NCBI GenBank assembly: GCA_044347345.1
Contig: JBIKUX010000018.1
Location: 1 to 56,048, forward strand
DNA from: Bdellovibrionota bacterium
Lineage (GTDB): Bacteria > Bdellovibrionota_C > UBA2361 > JBIKUX01
DNA length: 56,048 nucleotides
Direction of reading: 5' to 3'
Position 1 is the stretch's first letter, and each line of letters starts with the position of its first letter. Below the pieces are notes generated by a model that saw nothing but the letters and a program-made list of their open reading frames with translations, did no database searches and was not told the DNA's origin. Below are positions 38,233-48,211 of this stretch, piece after piece. The position numbers and the translations under genes were made by a program.

Positions 38233-38256
38233 AATAAGATCTTTAAGTTAGACTAA

Positions 38257-38913
38257 TCACCCTACTAGATAGAGAAGAGGAAAAAGATATATCCAAATTA
38301 AATCCACTAAGTGCCAATAAAGCACAGAAAGTTCAACTGGCGTATAATAGCGTGAAGAAAATGACCCTCTAGTGCTTCGAAGTAAAACCCACGTTAAAAG
38401 ACCGGCTCCAATGATTACATGAAGACCGTGAATACCAGTCATTACAAAATATAGACCAAAAAATGCCTTATACGAAGCATACTCAGCTCCACCTGGAAAT
38501 AAACCATGGTGATATTTACTAGTATACTCAATAGCTTTAACGATGAGAAAAATTCCAGCACAGCCTATAGTGATTAAGAGATTTTTCTTTAATCTTCGCT
38601 GCTCATCCCGTTGAACCGCGTCAACTGCTAGTGCCGCTGTGAAGCTACTAAAAAGTAACACTACGGTATTTAAAGCGCCCAGCCTCCAATCAAGATGATG
38701 GCTCCCCTTATGGAACACTTCAAGATCTCGCCATCGATAGATAGCAAAAGCCGCGAACAAAACAGCAAAAAGAAGCAACTCTGTAGCCAAAAATAGCCAC
38801 ATTCCTAGCTTAGCTCCTGCATAAGCAGTTGCATGATCAGTATGATGTATTGGAGGCGGATCACCAGGCTTCCAAGTATCAGTGTGTCCAGCTTGAACGG
38901 TCGCTAAAGTCAT
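38257..38913 (-). CDS. ctaE: Cytochrome c oxidase subunit III
   Basis: [26 protein letters not shown]. Confidence 0.93.
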   Translation of the reverse strand: MTLATVQAGHTDTWKPGDPPPIHHTDHATAYAGAKLGMWLFLATELLLFAVLFAAFAIYRWRDLEVFHKGSHHLDWRLGALNTVVLLFSSFTAALAVDAVQRDEQRRLKKNLLITIGCAGIFLIVKAIEYTSKYHHGLFPGGAEYASYKAFFGLYFVMTGIHGLHVIIGAGLLTWVLLRSTRGSFSSRYYTPVELSVLYWHLVDLIWIYLFPLLYLVG

Positions 38914-40568
38914 TTGCTAGCTCCATCATGGTGGCTAACGGGTATTCCGTAAGCATAAGGATCATGAGTGACTGTAGGGATAGATAAAAAGTTTTCGTGT
39001 GGTGGTGGAGAAGCAGTTTGCCACTCCAATCCTAATGCATTGTAAGGATTTGCAGGAGCCACCTCACGACTGAAAACTGCTGAATAAAGAAGATTAAATA
39101 AAGCTAAAGAATATCCGGCTGCATTTATCAACGAACCTGCGGTTGATGCTAAATGAAGTGACCCAAAAGCAGGAATGTAGTCAAAATATCTCCTAGGCAT
39201 GCCCTCCATTCCTAGAGCAAATTGAGGCAGGAAAGTTAAGTTAAACCCAAACATGATCAGGAACCATGCTACGTTAGCCACTGGTACGTTGTACATTTTG
39301 CCAACGATTTTCGGAAACCAATAATGCAGGGCAGCAATTAGGCCAATTACCGCTCCTCCCTGAATAGTGTAGTGGAAGTGCGCTACAACAAAATAAGTAT
39401 CATGATAGTAGACATCTACGGCTAGTGTAGCCAAATATACACCAGTAGTCCCGGCAATCATGAAAAGAAAGACAAAGGCCATTGCATACAACATCGGTGT
39501 TGAGAACGATATAGACCCCTTATACATGGTGCTAACCCAATTAAACACCTTTACTGCCGTCGGAATAGCAACTAAAAACGTTAAAACTGAAAAAACTTTG
39601 GCTGAAAAATCAGATATTCCCGAAGTAAACATGTGGTGAGCCCAAACAATAAAGCCTGCACCAGCTATAGCTAACGAGGAAATTACTACAGCCTTGTACC
39701 CAAACAATGGCTTGCGTGAAAATACTGGTATGATTTCACCTACCACCCCGAAAGCTGGAAGCACCATTATGTACACCACAGGATGCGAATAAAACCAAAA
39801 GAAATGCTGAAATAGAACCGGATCTCCTCCCATCTTTGGGTCAAAAACACCAACACCAAACAGGCGCTCAAAAATAAGAAGAACAAGAGTCATTCCTACC
39901 ACGGGAGTTGCGAGAACCTGAATCAGTGAAGTGGCGTAAATTCCCCATACAAATACCGGAAGTCTCCACCACGTCATTCCAGGAGCTCGTAATTTGTGAA
40001 CTGTCGCTATAAAATTTAAGCCCGTCATAATTGACGAAAACCCAAGTACAAAAGCTGCTCCTGTCATCCAAATCACAGCTGAGGGAGTTTTTATACTGTA
40101 CGGAGCATACATAGTCCAACCAGTATCAACCGGCTTTACTAAAAGCCCTATTACTGCCATCAAGGCACCAATTACATAAACATAAAAACTGTATAGGTTT
40201 AGCCGTGGAAACAATACATCCTTGGCACCAATCATTAGTGGGAGAAGAAAATTTCCCATAGTAGCCGGAATACCCGGAACTATAAAAAGAAATATCATTA
40301 CCACACCATGAACGGTAAATAACTGATTATATAAATCAGCAGCTTTACTGTATTCACCTGGTAGAAAATTGTGACCTGGCAAAGCCAACTCCGCTCTCAT
40401 CAGGAGCGCTGCTATACCGCCAACAAAAAAGAAAAGAGTTATAGTAAAAAGATACATTAAGCCTATTCGCTTATGGTCAAGAGTAACCAACCACGAGCGG
40501 AGCGAACGATCACAATTTAAATAATTATGGTCGTTATTAGCTGCTAACTGATCCTTGCTAGTACTCAT
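38910..40568 (-). CDS. ctaD: Cytochrome c oxidase subunit I, A2-type
   Basis: DHKRIG, YSHPVVY (YS motif), [23 protein letters not shown]. Confidence 0.96.
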   Translation of the reverse strand: MSTSKDQLAANNDHNYLNCDRSLRSWLVTLDHKRIGLMYLFTITLFFFVGGIAALLMRAELALPGHNFLPGEYSKAADLYNQLFTVHGVVMIFLFIVPGIPATMGNFLLPLMIGAKDVLFPRLNLYSFYVYVIGALMAVIGLLVKPVDTGWTMYAPYSIKTPSAVIWMTGAAFVLGFSSIMTGLNFIATVHKLRAPGMTWWRLPVFVWGIYATSLIQVLATPVVGMTLVLLIFERLFGVGVFDPKMGGDPVLFQHFFWFYSHPVVYIMVLPAFGVVGEIIPVFSRKPLFGYKAVVISSLAIAGAGFIVWAHHMFTSGISDFSAKVFSVLTFLVAIPTAVKVFNWVSTMYKGSISFSTPMLYAMAFVFLFMIAGTTGVYLATLAVDVYYHDTYFVVAHFHYTIQGGAVIGLIAALHYWFPKIVGKMYNVPVANVAWFLIMFGFNLTFLPQFALGMEGMPRRYFDYIPAFGSLHLASTAGSLINAAGYSLALFNLLYSAVFSREVAPANPYNALGLEWQTASPPPHENFLSIPTVTHDPYAYGIPVSHHDGASK

Positions 40569-41860
40569 TATTGCACTGTTTTAATAAACTCTATGATATC
40601 GTTAATATCGCTCTCTGAGAATTGCGAGCCGTAAATTGCTGGCATCGGCGAAGGGTTTGGATAACCTTTTACTACATGCTTATTCGGCTCTATTATCGAT
40701 TCCTTAATATATGCCCCATCAGCAACGTAAGATGAACCATCATCAAATTGTGCCTGCCGCATCCAAAGACCTTTAAAGGAAGGGCCACTCATTGGAGTGC
40801 CATCAAGCGAATGACATCCTATGCAAGCCTTCTGTTGATAATGCAGTTTTCCTCGCGCATCAGCTGTTAATTTTGCTGTATCGACCGATGGAGCTGCACT
40901 AGCTGAAGGAGTAGCTTCGCTTTTGCCGTCTAGGGTTTTCATAAATGCGATGAGCTTTGAAATATCTTCGTCAGATATCCGACCCTCATAAGATGGCATC
41001 GGTGATGGCGGGCCATAACCCTCCACAACCTTTGAATTAGGGTAAACTATAGATTCTCTTATATACTCATCGTTTGCTTCATATTCTTCACCGCTGGTAA
41101 GCTTTCCTTTACGATTGTAAATATTTTGAAAGCTTGGTCCAACAAGGCGAGACCCATCGAGACTATGGCATGAATTGCAAGCATTTTGAGTATATAAAAT
41201 TTTACCAGACTCAGCAGGGGATGTCACTTCCCCTTTATCAGCAAGCCAAGCTGCGAACTCTCCCTCAGACACAACTCTCATTGTTGCCATCATATTAGAA
41301 TGAGAAGTTCCACAATATTCGGTGCAAAAAACTATTTGAGGTCCAGTTACGACTGGCCGAAACCATTGAGTAGTAAAACGTCCTGGAACTACATCCATCT
41401 TGGTACGCATGCCAGGAATAAAAAAACTATGCAGAACATCCCGGGATGACATAGTAAGCTTAATCGCTTTTCCTACTGGAACTACAAACTCTCCAGACGT
41501 TTTTTTTCCGTTAGGATACTCAAAAGACCATGCCCACTGCTGTCCCCAAACAGTTATATCAACAGTGTCCTCATTTTTTGGGACTTCGCGCATCCGCTCA
41601 TATCCAACATATCCAGCCACAGCTACTATTACACTTATGATAGCCGGTATTACAGTCCACAGGATTTCCAGAGAGGTACTTCCCTCTATCATAGGCGTCT
41701 CGTGGTCTACTCCGCCTCGACGCCTGTAGCGAACCGCAAAGTAAATCATAGCGCCAACAATTGCTACGGTAAAAAATACCGATAAATCGGTGACAAGATA
41801 GTTTATACTATCAACGGTGTCTGCGTAATCTGAGCCCTGTTCGGGGAGGTATCTAAACAT
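40568..41860 (-). CDS. ctaC: Cytochrome c oxidase subunit II with two fused cytochrome c domains
   Basis: CuA motif DVLH...CTEYCGTSHSNM; CNSCH and CIGCH, each followed by PSPMP. Confidence 0.93.
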   Translation of the reverse strand: MFRYLPEQGSDYADTVDSINYLVTDLSVFFTVAIVGAMIYFAVRYRRRGGVDHETPMIEGSTSLEILWTVIPAIISVIVAVAGYVGYERMREVPKNEDTVDITVWGQQWAWSFEYPNGKKTSGEFVVPVGKAIKLTMSSRDVLHSFFIPGMRTKMDVVPGRFTTQWFRPVVTGPQIVFCTEYCGTSHSNMMATMRVVSEGEFAAWLADKGEVTSPAESGKILYTQNACNSCHSLDGSRLVGPSFQNIYNRKGKLTSGEEYEANDEYIRESIVYPNSKVVEGYGPPSPMPSYEGRISDEDISKLIAFMKTLDGKSEATPSASAAPSVDTAKLTADARGKLHYQQKACIGCHSLDGTPMSGPSFKGLWMRQAQFDDGSSYVADGAYIKESIIEPNKHVVKGYPNPSPMPAIYGSQFSESDINDIIEFIKTVQ

Positions 41861-41969
41861 GTGTTGCGGTTACCGTCGCATAAGATTTTATCGGGTTATA
41901 CTATAAGTGTCTTTTTGATTGAGAGCAATTAGACTGGTCAGTTTAAAATAAAAAAACATAGTTTTTTAA

Positions 41970-42001
41970 TTTATTTTTGCCTGCTTTATTTTTGCCTGCT
42001 T
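41970..42001. repeat. 15-bp tandem duplication
   Basis: TTTATTTTTGCCTGC x2 in the sco-ctaC spacer. Confidence 0.8.
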
Positions 42002-42144
42002 CATGCGAAGTTAGGCTTTTGATTCAGGTTTAAAAGTCGTAGAATCACATGAATGACTCTTTCTTTGCATCTTCTTAATCTTTTCTCCTAATCGTTTACC
42101 CAGATTTACTTTTAGCTTTTTAGCTATAATTGTGAAAGGTAGCA

Positions 42145-42987
42145 TTAAAAGTCTTTTCGGCGAATCTGATAGAATAATAAACTGAGTAATACTATAACCG
42201 TCAAGACGCTGCCTAGTCGCAAAGCTAAACTTGCATGCCAAGTATACTTACCAGTACTGTGGTCGAATCGAAAACAAAACAACAACACTTGATCCATTAC
42301 AGTGCCAATACTCCCCTGAGAAGCCTCAACAAGAGCTAGCTGAAGATCTTTGTGGTTAAAGGTAACACCGTTAAAATACTTAGATATTTTTCTTTCAGGA
42401 GTTACTATTACCATAGTAGCGGCATGAGCAAATTCACCTTGATCTGGAAGATATTTAAAGCCCAAGGATCGCATTAAAGGGTCAACAGAGGTGGATTTAC
42501 CCACCAAAAATGACCAGCCATGAACTGCCTCTTCCGATGAGCGATATTGACCCCGATAAAGTGAGGCCTTGCTTGCAGCATCATCAGGAGTTTCGTCGGT
42601 AGCAAAGCTCACTGTAACGACCGAGTAATCCTTACCAAGTTTTAAATCCATTTGGTTCAGCACACTCACAGCTCCAGATAAAAGAAGCCCACAAAGACGC
42701 GGACAATGATAGTAAGCTGGGATAATTATTGCGGGCCTAGCCGGTCGGAAAACATCTCCGATAGACACTGTTTCTCCTTTTTCATTTTGAAACTTTAGAG
42801 CTGTGTCAACTACGCCTCCAAATTGTGGAATGATGAAATTATTTCCAAGATTTTCTCCAGGTTGTTCAAGTGCCTGAGAACCAAACAACGGAACTAAAAT
42901 TAGGGATATAGTTAAAATAATCCGGGTAAAAACTAAATACTTATTACACAAAATATTTGCACTTTTCACCAAACAACTCCAGTTCAC
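42145..42987 (-). CDS. SCO family copper chaperone
   Basis: YYHCPRLC (CxxxC), FAHAA, C-terminal TM; head of cox cluster. Confidence 0.88.
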   Translation of the reverse strand: MNWSCLVKSANILCNKYLVFTRIILTISLILVPLFGSQALEQPGENLGNNFIIPQFGGVVDTALKFQNEKGETVSIGDVFRPARPAIIIPAYYHCPRLCGLLLSGAVSVLNQMDLKLGKDYSVVTVSFATDETPDDAASKASLYRGQYRSSEEAVHGWSFLVGKSTSVDPLMRSLGFKYLPDQGEFAHAATMVIVTPERKISKYFNGVTFNHKDLQLALVEASQGSIGTVMDQVLLFCFRFDHSTGKYTWHASLALRLGSVLTVIVLLSLLFYQIRRKDF

Positions 42988-42994
42988 TCTAAAA

Positions 42995-43029
42995 GTTACT
43001 TTGACTAAAGTAACACTTATTACTATAAT
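42995..43029 (+). promoter_or_regulatory. Sigma70 promoter of the DtxR/MntR-family gene overlapped by a palindromic operator
   Basis: TTGACT(43001)-N17-TATAAT(43024); GTTACTTT-gact-AAAGTAAC inverted repeat 42995-43014. Confidence 0.75.
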
Positions 43030-43107
43030 ATACTAATAAATCGTGAATTAAGATTTAATAACACGAAACAACAAGCCTTCCGAGGATAACCTTTTTAGGA
43101 TATTTGC

Positions 43108-43521
43108 ATGGATGTTTGGAAGCAATTTGAAGAAAACGGCATCACTCATAGCGCTGCGCATCACCTGCTGGCAATCTTAGAACTAAGGGAGCAGCGAGGA
43201 TACGCTCGAGTTACTGATGTAGCTCGACATCTCAATATAACTACTGGAAGTGCATCTACTAATTTAAAGGGACTCAAAACTAAGGGTCTTATTATAGAAG
43301 ATGAGAATCGTTTTCTTAGTCTTTCACCTCAAGGCGAAAGCCTTGCTAAAGCCGTAATCAGCCGTAAAGAAATATTCTTTCAGTTTTTAACCGATATCCT
43401 TAAAGTTTCTCCCGAGCAAGCTGAAATAGATGCGTGCAAAACTGAGCATTTAATAAGCGGCGAAACAGCTCAGAAGCTAAAGAATTATCTCGAAAAATTT
43501 AATTCATCGCGTCCTAACTAA
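43108..43521 (+). CDS. DtxR/MntR family metal-dependent transcriptional regulator
   Basis: wHTH ARVTDVARHLNI, DACKTEHLIS; short form without FeoA/SH3 domain. Confidence 0.88.
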   Translation: MDVWKQFEENGITHSAAHHLLAILELREQRGYARVTDVARHLNITTGSASTNLKGLKTKGLIIEDENRFLSLSPQGESLAKAVISRKEIFFQFLTDILKVSPEQAEIDACKTEHLISGETAQKLKNYLEKFNSSRPN

Positions 43522-43543
43522 AAATAATTAAGCCATACTTTTT

Positions 43544-44971
43544 ATGAAGAGTGTCAGAAATTACCCTGATAACTCCTTCGAATTATCTTCTGAGCTACCT
43601 TTCTCAGCAGAAGAAGTATTTAACTGGCATACTCGTAAAGGCACAATTTATCGTCTGCTTCCCCCTTGGGAACCCGTTTCAATCATAGAAGCCGCTCCCT
43701 CCATCTCTGATGGAGCAAAAGCCAAATTTCTGATCGGTTGGCCACCATTTGCTATATCTTGGCTCGCTGAACATTATAAAGTCGTTCAAGGAAAATCCTT
43801 TAATGATCGCCAACTTCATGGACCCTTCGCATCTTGGGAACATAATCACACTTTCATAGAAACAGGATCAAACAGATCCATCTTGCAAGATACAATTAAA
43901 TATAGGCTACCTTTTCATTTACTTAGTCACCATTTAGAGCCTTTACTAGTTTATAATCAACTTAAACGAATGTTTAACTACCGTCATAGTGTAACTCTAA
44001 GTGACCTTTCTGCTCACGCCCAATATGGAAATAAGCCGCTAAAAATTGCAATTACTGGAGCAACAGGTGGTATAGGTTCATCATTAAGTTCATTTTTACT
44101 GTCAGGAAATCATCAAGTACTTGCTATATCCCGCTCGATTCGGCCATCGTCTACTCAACTCGCCTCCACCAATATTCAATGGAACCCAAATAAGGGAGAA
44201 TTTAACTCGTCAGCTCTTGAAGGTTGCGATGGAATAGTGCACCTAGCTGGAGCCTCTATCGCTCAGGGACGCTGGACTCCAGAGCAAAAGCGAAGAATTA
44301 TTGAAAGTCGAGTACAAAGCACCAAAACCTTAGCAACTTGGATTCGCTCGCTTAATCAACCACCTAAAGTTATAGTATGCGCCTCGGCTATTGGATTTTA
44401 TGGCTCACGAGGAGACGAAATACTTGATGAAAAAAGTAGCTCAGGAACGGGGTTTCTAGCTCAGGTTTGTAAAGAATGGGAAGATGAGATTCAAAGACTA
44501 GAGAATTGTGGCAGTAGAATTGTAACTTTACGAATAGGCACAGTGCTTAATCCTGCACACGGTGCGCTAAGTACGCTATCAATACCGTTTCGTTTAGGGT
44601 TAGGTGGCAAAATAGGTAATGGTAAACAGTGGATGAGTTGGATTTCACTTCCCGATCTTCTACGACTGATTTATCACGCTCTCTCAGACGAGAGAATGCA
44701 AGGAGTGGTTAATGCGGTATCACCTGAATCAGTTACTAACGCAGTATTTACTCAAGCTTTAGGCAACGCTCTTAAAAGACCCACATTATTACCACTTCCT
44801 GCTGTTGTTACACGAATTCTCTTTGGGGAAATAGCTGATGAACTTTTGCTGAGTAGCACTAGAGTTACACCTTCAGTCGCTTTAGCGAGAGGTTTTAAAT
44901 TTGAATTAGCGCAAATCGATGCTGCTCTTACTTTTCTTTATGGACGCAAAGCTATCACCTCTAAAGACTAA
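43544..44971 (+). CDS. TIGR01777-type NAD-dependent epimerase with N-terminal SRPBCC domain
   Basis: GPFASWEHNHTF (SRPBCC); ITGATGGIG, SAIGFYG, GKQWMSWI. Confidence 0.85.
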   Translation: MKSVRNYPDNSFELSSELPFSAEEVFNWHTRKGTIYRLLPPWEPVSIIEAAPSISDGAKAKFLIGWPPFAISWLAEHYKVVQGKSFNDRQLHGPFASWEHNHTFIETGSNRSILQDTIKYRLPFHLLSHHLEPLLVYNQLKRMFNYRHSVTLSDLSAHAQYGNKPLKIAITGATGGIGSSLSSFLLSGNHQVLAISRSIRPSSTQLASTNIQWNPNKGEFNSSALEGCDGIVHLAGASIAQGRWTPEQKRRIIESRVQSTKTLATWIRSLNQPPKVIVCASAIGFYGSRGDEILDEKSSSGTGFLAQVCKEWEDEIQRLENCGSRIVTLRIGTVLNPAHGALSTLSIPFRLGLGGKIGNGKQWMSWISLPDLLRLIYHALSDERMQGVVNAVSPESVTNAVFTQALGNALKRPTLLPLPAVVTRILFGEIADELLLSSTRVTPSVALARGFKFELAQIDAALTFLYGRKAITSKD

Positions 44972-46101
44972 TTAAAAGTTACTCGTACGGATGAGTCCTC
45001 ACAATAAACGCTTGCGTCAACAAACTTGAAAGCATCACAAAATTCTTGTGCATCATTTTTGGTATCCCAGACGGTATTCCATACTACTACATCTATATCG
45101 CCTCTATCTGGCGTGGCTAATTTGTAAAGTACAATTGTGTCCCCACCCCACCCAGCAGCAGCGTTTGCGGCTTTAACTCGGTCTTGATTAAAAGCGGTTA
45201 GAACTAATGAAGTAATAAATTCACCAAGGGTGTCTCGAAAAATCTCCCTTGAGCCTTCAGGAAGATGCGCTGTGTGAGCCTCTACTGTTTTAGGCGCTTC
45301 AAAGGGATACTTATCTTTTGGATGAAGAATCTGCTCTGTACTTAGAGGGGGATTTTTAAAAGCCTCGGTTAGAGACTGATATCCATTACGATTCAAAAGA
45401 TTATGAGCAAAGCGAAATCCACTCGAGTAGGGAAAACTAATTATGAATTTTAAACTTTCTGGAGCTTTAATAGCTCCCATGCTTAAACCACCAAAAAACA
45501 AATTTTGTAACAAAAATTTTTCTGTAGATTTAAGTGACGCTACTTTTTGGCCTCCAGCCAAATTACTTGTATAATCTAGCATAACCGCTGTAGCATCTCC
45601 CTCCACTAAAGCCGACCTAGCGAGAATGCTATCTGTGGTACTCGTTTTTTGATCAATAAACTTCTCAAGATTAAAGTGCTGGTCTTGTAAAGCATGGGTA
45701 AGTTCATGGACTGAAATAGCTGGCTGTAGCATTTTAGGCCACCAGTCTGCCATCACATAATGCTTGGCTTTAACATCATAGTATCCAGCAATTTGAGAAA
45801 GATAAATCTCTGACAAACCCTGAGTATAATTGTAATCCGTAGGAATCAGCCTTAGCTTCTTAAAGATTCTCTCCTCAAAATTCATTCTATTCGAGAAAAC
45901 TTCCTCTTTTATTGTAACAGAGATAAATTCTCTAATCTCTGGCTTTGACTGAACAATGCAGGGCACTTCTTTAACTGGAGTAAGATTCCTTATACTACTA
46001 GCTGTAGCTAAAGCTTCACGAGCTACAGCACATGGCACTTTAGCCTCAGCCTCTGAGCTAAGATATGTAAAGACCAATAAAGATATTAAAAAGTTTCTCA
46101 C
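44968..46101 (-). CDS. Exported putative zinc metallopeptidase (HExxH)
   Basis: Signal peptide; GYYD, HELTHALQDQHF, LVEGDA, PLSTEQILHP, AAAGWGGD. Confidence 0.7.
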   Translation of the reverse strand: MRNFLISLLVFTYLSSEAEAKVPCAVAREALATASSIRNLTPVKEVPCIVQSKPEIREFISVTIKEEVFSNRMNFEERIFKKLRLIPTDYNYTQGLSEIYLSQIAGYYDVKAKHYVMADWWPKMLQPAISVHELTHALQDQHFNLEKFIDQKTSTTDSILARSALVEGDATAVMLDYTSNLAGGQKVASLKSTEKFLLQNLFFGGLSMGAIKAPESLKFIISFPYSSGFRFAHNLLNRNGYQSLTEAFKNPPLSTEQILHPKDKYPFEAPKTVEAHTAHLPEGSREIFRDTLGEFITSLVLTAFNQDRVKAANAAAGWGGDTIVLYKLATPDRGDIDVVVWNTVWDTKNDAQEFCDAFKFVDASVYCEDSSVRVTFN

Positions 46102-46143
46102 TAAGAAAAAACGTAATGATACATAAACTTAAGCCGTTGTATT

Positions 46144-47046
46144 CTAAATGATGGTATAATTTTGATTATTAGTTCTTTCTTGTAATACCACCTTAGGTTG
46201 TCTTAGGTAGGTATTGCTAATAGGAAGGCTTGCATTAGTTGATGTTGGTGGTCGAGGTGATGGTGATTGGGTCATTTTAGGTAAAGTATTGGAGCTCGAA
46301 GCCTGATTCGAACCTTCTGGTTTCCTACTTGGATCTGTACCAGATGTTATATCGTTAATTAACTTAGACACGATAGATTCAATTGTATTTAATTTCTTAT
46401 TATTACTTGCGAATTCTTCATTTAGCTCTTTTCTTTTATCGTCAGAAAGATTGTCACGCTTAAGAGCTAAGGACAAATCCTCTTGATAAATTTTAAGCCA
46501 TTCCCGATAGGATGAAACATTTTGTGAACTTGGAAGTTCTATACCCACACGATTTTGAGCTTCTTTTGGCCCAATGTAAACTGTTAGTAATTTACCTAGG
46601 ATTTGAGTTTTAGCTGGCGAAAAACTAGGATTTTCCGAAGCATTTTTTAGTAGATTTATCAGATTTTCATAACTTGAAATTATGTCTTTAACTAATTCTC
46701 TGCGCTTATCAAGCAATACATAGAGTAATTCTATATTTCCTTTTTGATCTTCTATTCCCTGATTTAATTTATGGTATTCTTGAACTGACGTTAAAATAAT
46801 CGAGTTAACTTTTTCTATTTGTTTTGTAAATTTATTGGCTTTAATCTCGGGCTGGTCTATAGGTACCGTTATTTCATTAAGTGGCTTGTATTCAGGTATC
46901 TCTTGCTTATACGCTTTTCTAGCAGCTTCCTGAATTTCGGCCAACTGCTTAGACAGCCTCTCCTCACTTTTTCCGAGCCCGCTTTGTCCAAGAAGTTCAT
47001 TAATCACCCGTTTTGAATCTTGGATCAGTTCCTGATGTGTATTCAC
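46144..47046 (-). CDS. Hypothetical coiled-coil protein
   Basis: 300 aa E/K/L/I/N-rich helical ORF with S/P/T-rich tail. Confidence 0.55.
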   Translation of the reverse strand: MNTHQELIQDSKRVINELLGQSGLGKSEERLSKQLAEIQEAARKAYKQEIPEYKPLNEITVPIDQPEIKANKFTKQIEKVNSIILTSVQEYHKLNQGIEDQKGNIELLYVLLDKRRELVKDIISSYENLINLLKNASENPSFSPAKTQILGKLLTVYIGPKEAQNRVGIELPSSQNVSSYREWLKIYQEDLSLALKRDNLSDDKRKELNEEFASNNKKLNTIESIVSKLINDITSGTDPSRKPEGSNQASSSNTLPKMTQSPSPRPPTSTNASLPISNTYLRQPKVVLQERTNNQNYTII

Positions 47047-47221
47047 GGGATTTTTTTTGATACTAAATTTATCTAACTACTTGAAATGAATGCTGTATGC
47101 GTAGCACTGCCTTGTGCTAGCTTTAGACTCTCATCTAAAGCTAGCTCCTAACCGCTTCACCTGCCGAGTGGTAGTTCTATTATTAGCTAGATTCTTTTAG
47201 TACAAAAATTTGTTTCATTCA

Positions 47222-47980
47222 TTAAGGGGTTTCGGAACGACGTAAGTAAGCAACTAAATGTGCCAAATCTTGATTAGGAGTATTTTTAACACCAACCATT
47301 ATTGAAAAATTTTCCAAAGCAGCCTTTAGCTCGCTCATTTTTAATGTATTACCTTCTTCAGGCTCAGCTCCAGGGAAAAGTGAACCCACCTGATGACAAA
47401 CCTGGCACAAATCTTTATATAATTTGTCTCCAGACGAGACGTTAGCTGAGATATTAAGGGGAATACCAAATCGTTCTTTACCGCAGCTTGTAACAGACTT
47501 ATTTGCTCCTTCAAAATAACTTTGACAGGTTATAGGAGTTGCAGTTGGAGACGGTGCTAATGTTGGAGTAGTTGATACTACTATTATTGGAGTTGCTTCT
47601 GTAGTTGGAACGGGAGAAACTGTCGGTGTAATCACTAAATTAGCACAAACTGTATTTTCATTCTTAATTTTTACTCGTAATACTTTAATTCGATTAAGAA
47701 GAACTTTCTTTTTCTTACCTGATGCCTTGCGAGCATTTTTTTGTAATGTCACAAGTTGACTTACTAATGAGCTAAATAACGTTGTCTTTCTAACTGTACC
47801 TGGAATCCATTTATCTTGTACAAGTCCGCAGATTACAGTCTTTCCCTGTTGGTCTAACACCTCTTTAATAGAACTTTCATCAAGTTGTATAATTTGCGGG
47901 CGCCGACTCCGAGCAAGCGACGGTGCTGACACAATTAAAAGAACTACACAACACAATGAAACAGCAAATTTTCTATTCAT
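47222..47980 (-). CDS. Exported monoheme c-type cytochrome domain protein with Pro/Thr linker
   Basis: Signal peptide, basic domain, TPTVSPVPT linker, GDKLY..LCQVCH. Confidence 0.7.
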   Translation of the reverse strand: MNRKFAVSLCCVVLLIVSAPSLARSRRPQIIQLDESSIKEVLDQQGKTVICGLVQDKWIPGTVRKTTLFSSLVSQLVTLQKNARKASGKKKKVLLNRIKVLRVKIKNENTVCANLVITPTVSPVPTTEATPIIVVSTTPTLAPSPTATPITCQSYFEGANKSVTSCGKERFGIPLNISANVSSGDKLYKDLCQVCHQVGSLFPGAEPEEGNTLKMSELKAALENFSIMVGVKNTPNQDLAHLVAYLRRSETP

Positions 47981-48211
47981 GAGCTTATCTCACTGATTTT
48001 AAGAGGTCTAATTTATTTTGATGGCTTCTGAGACAAAATGCCCCAACTCAACCGAACCAACCAAAGAAAAGAGTTCGGCATCAACATAAAAAATCTTAAA
48101 CATTTGAAATAAGGTAGAACCTACCTGCCATTTAGCATAAGCTTTTGTTTTAAATTAAGTCTTTCTAAGGCTATACATAACCCATCAACAACTTATACGA
48201 ATGTCCTAACA

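Noticed and set aside
42011-42241. 76-aa ORF between sco and ctaC
   Set aside because: Overlaps sco out of frame; no recognisable motif
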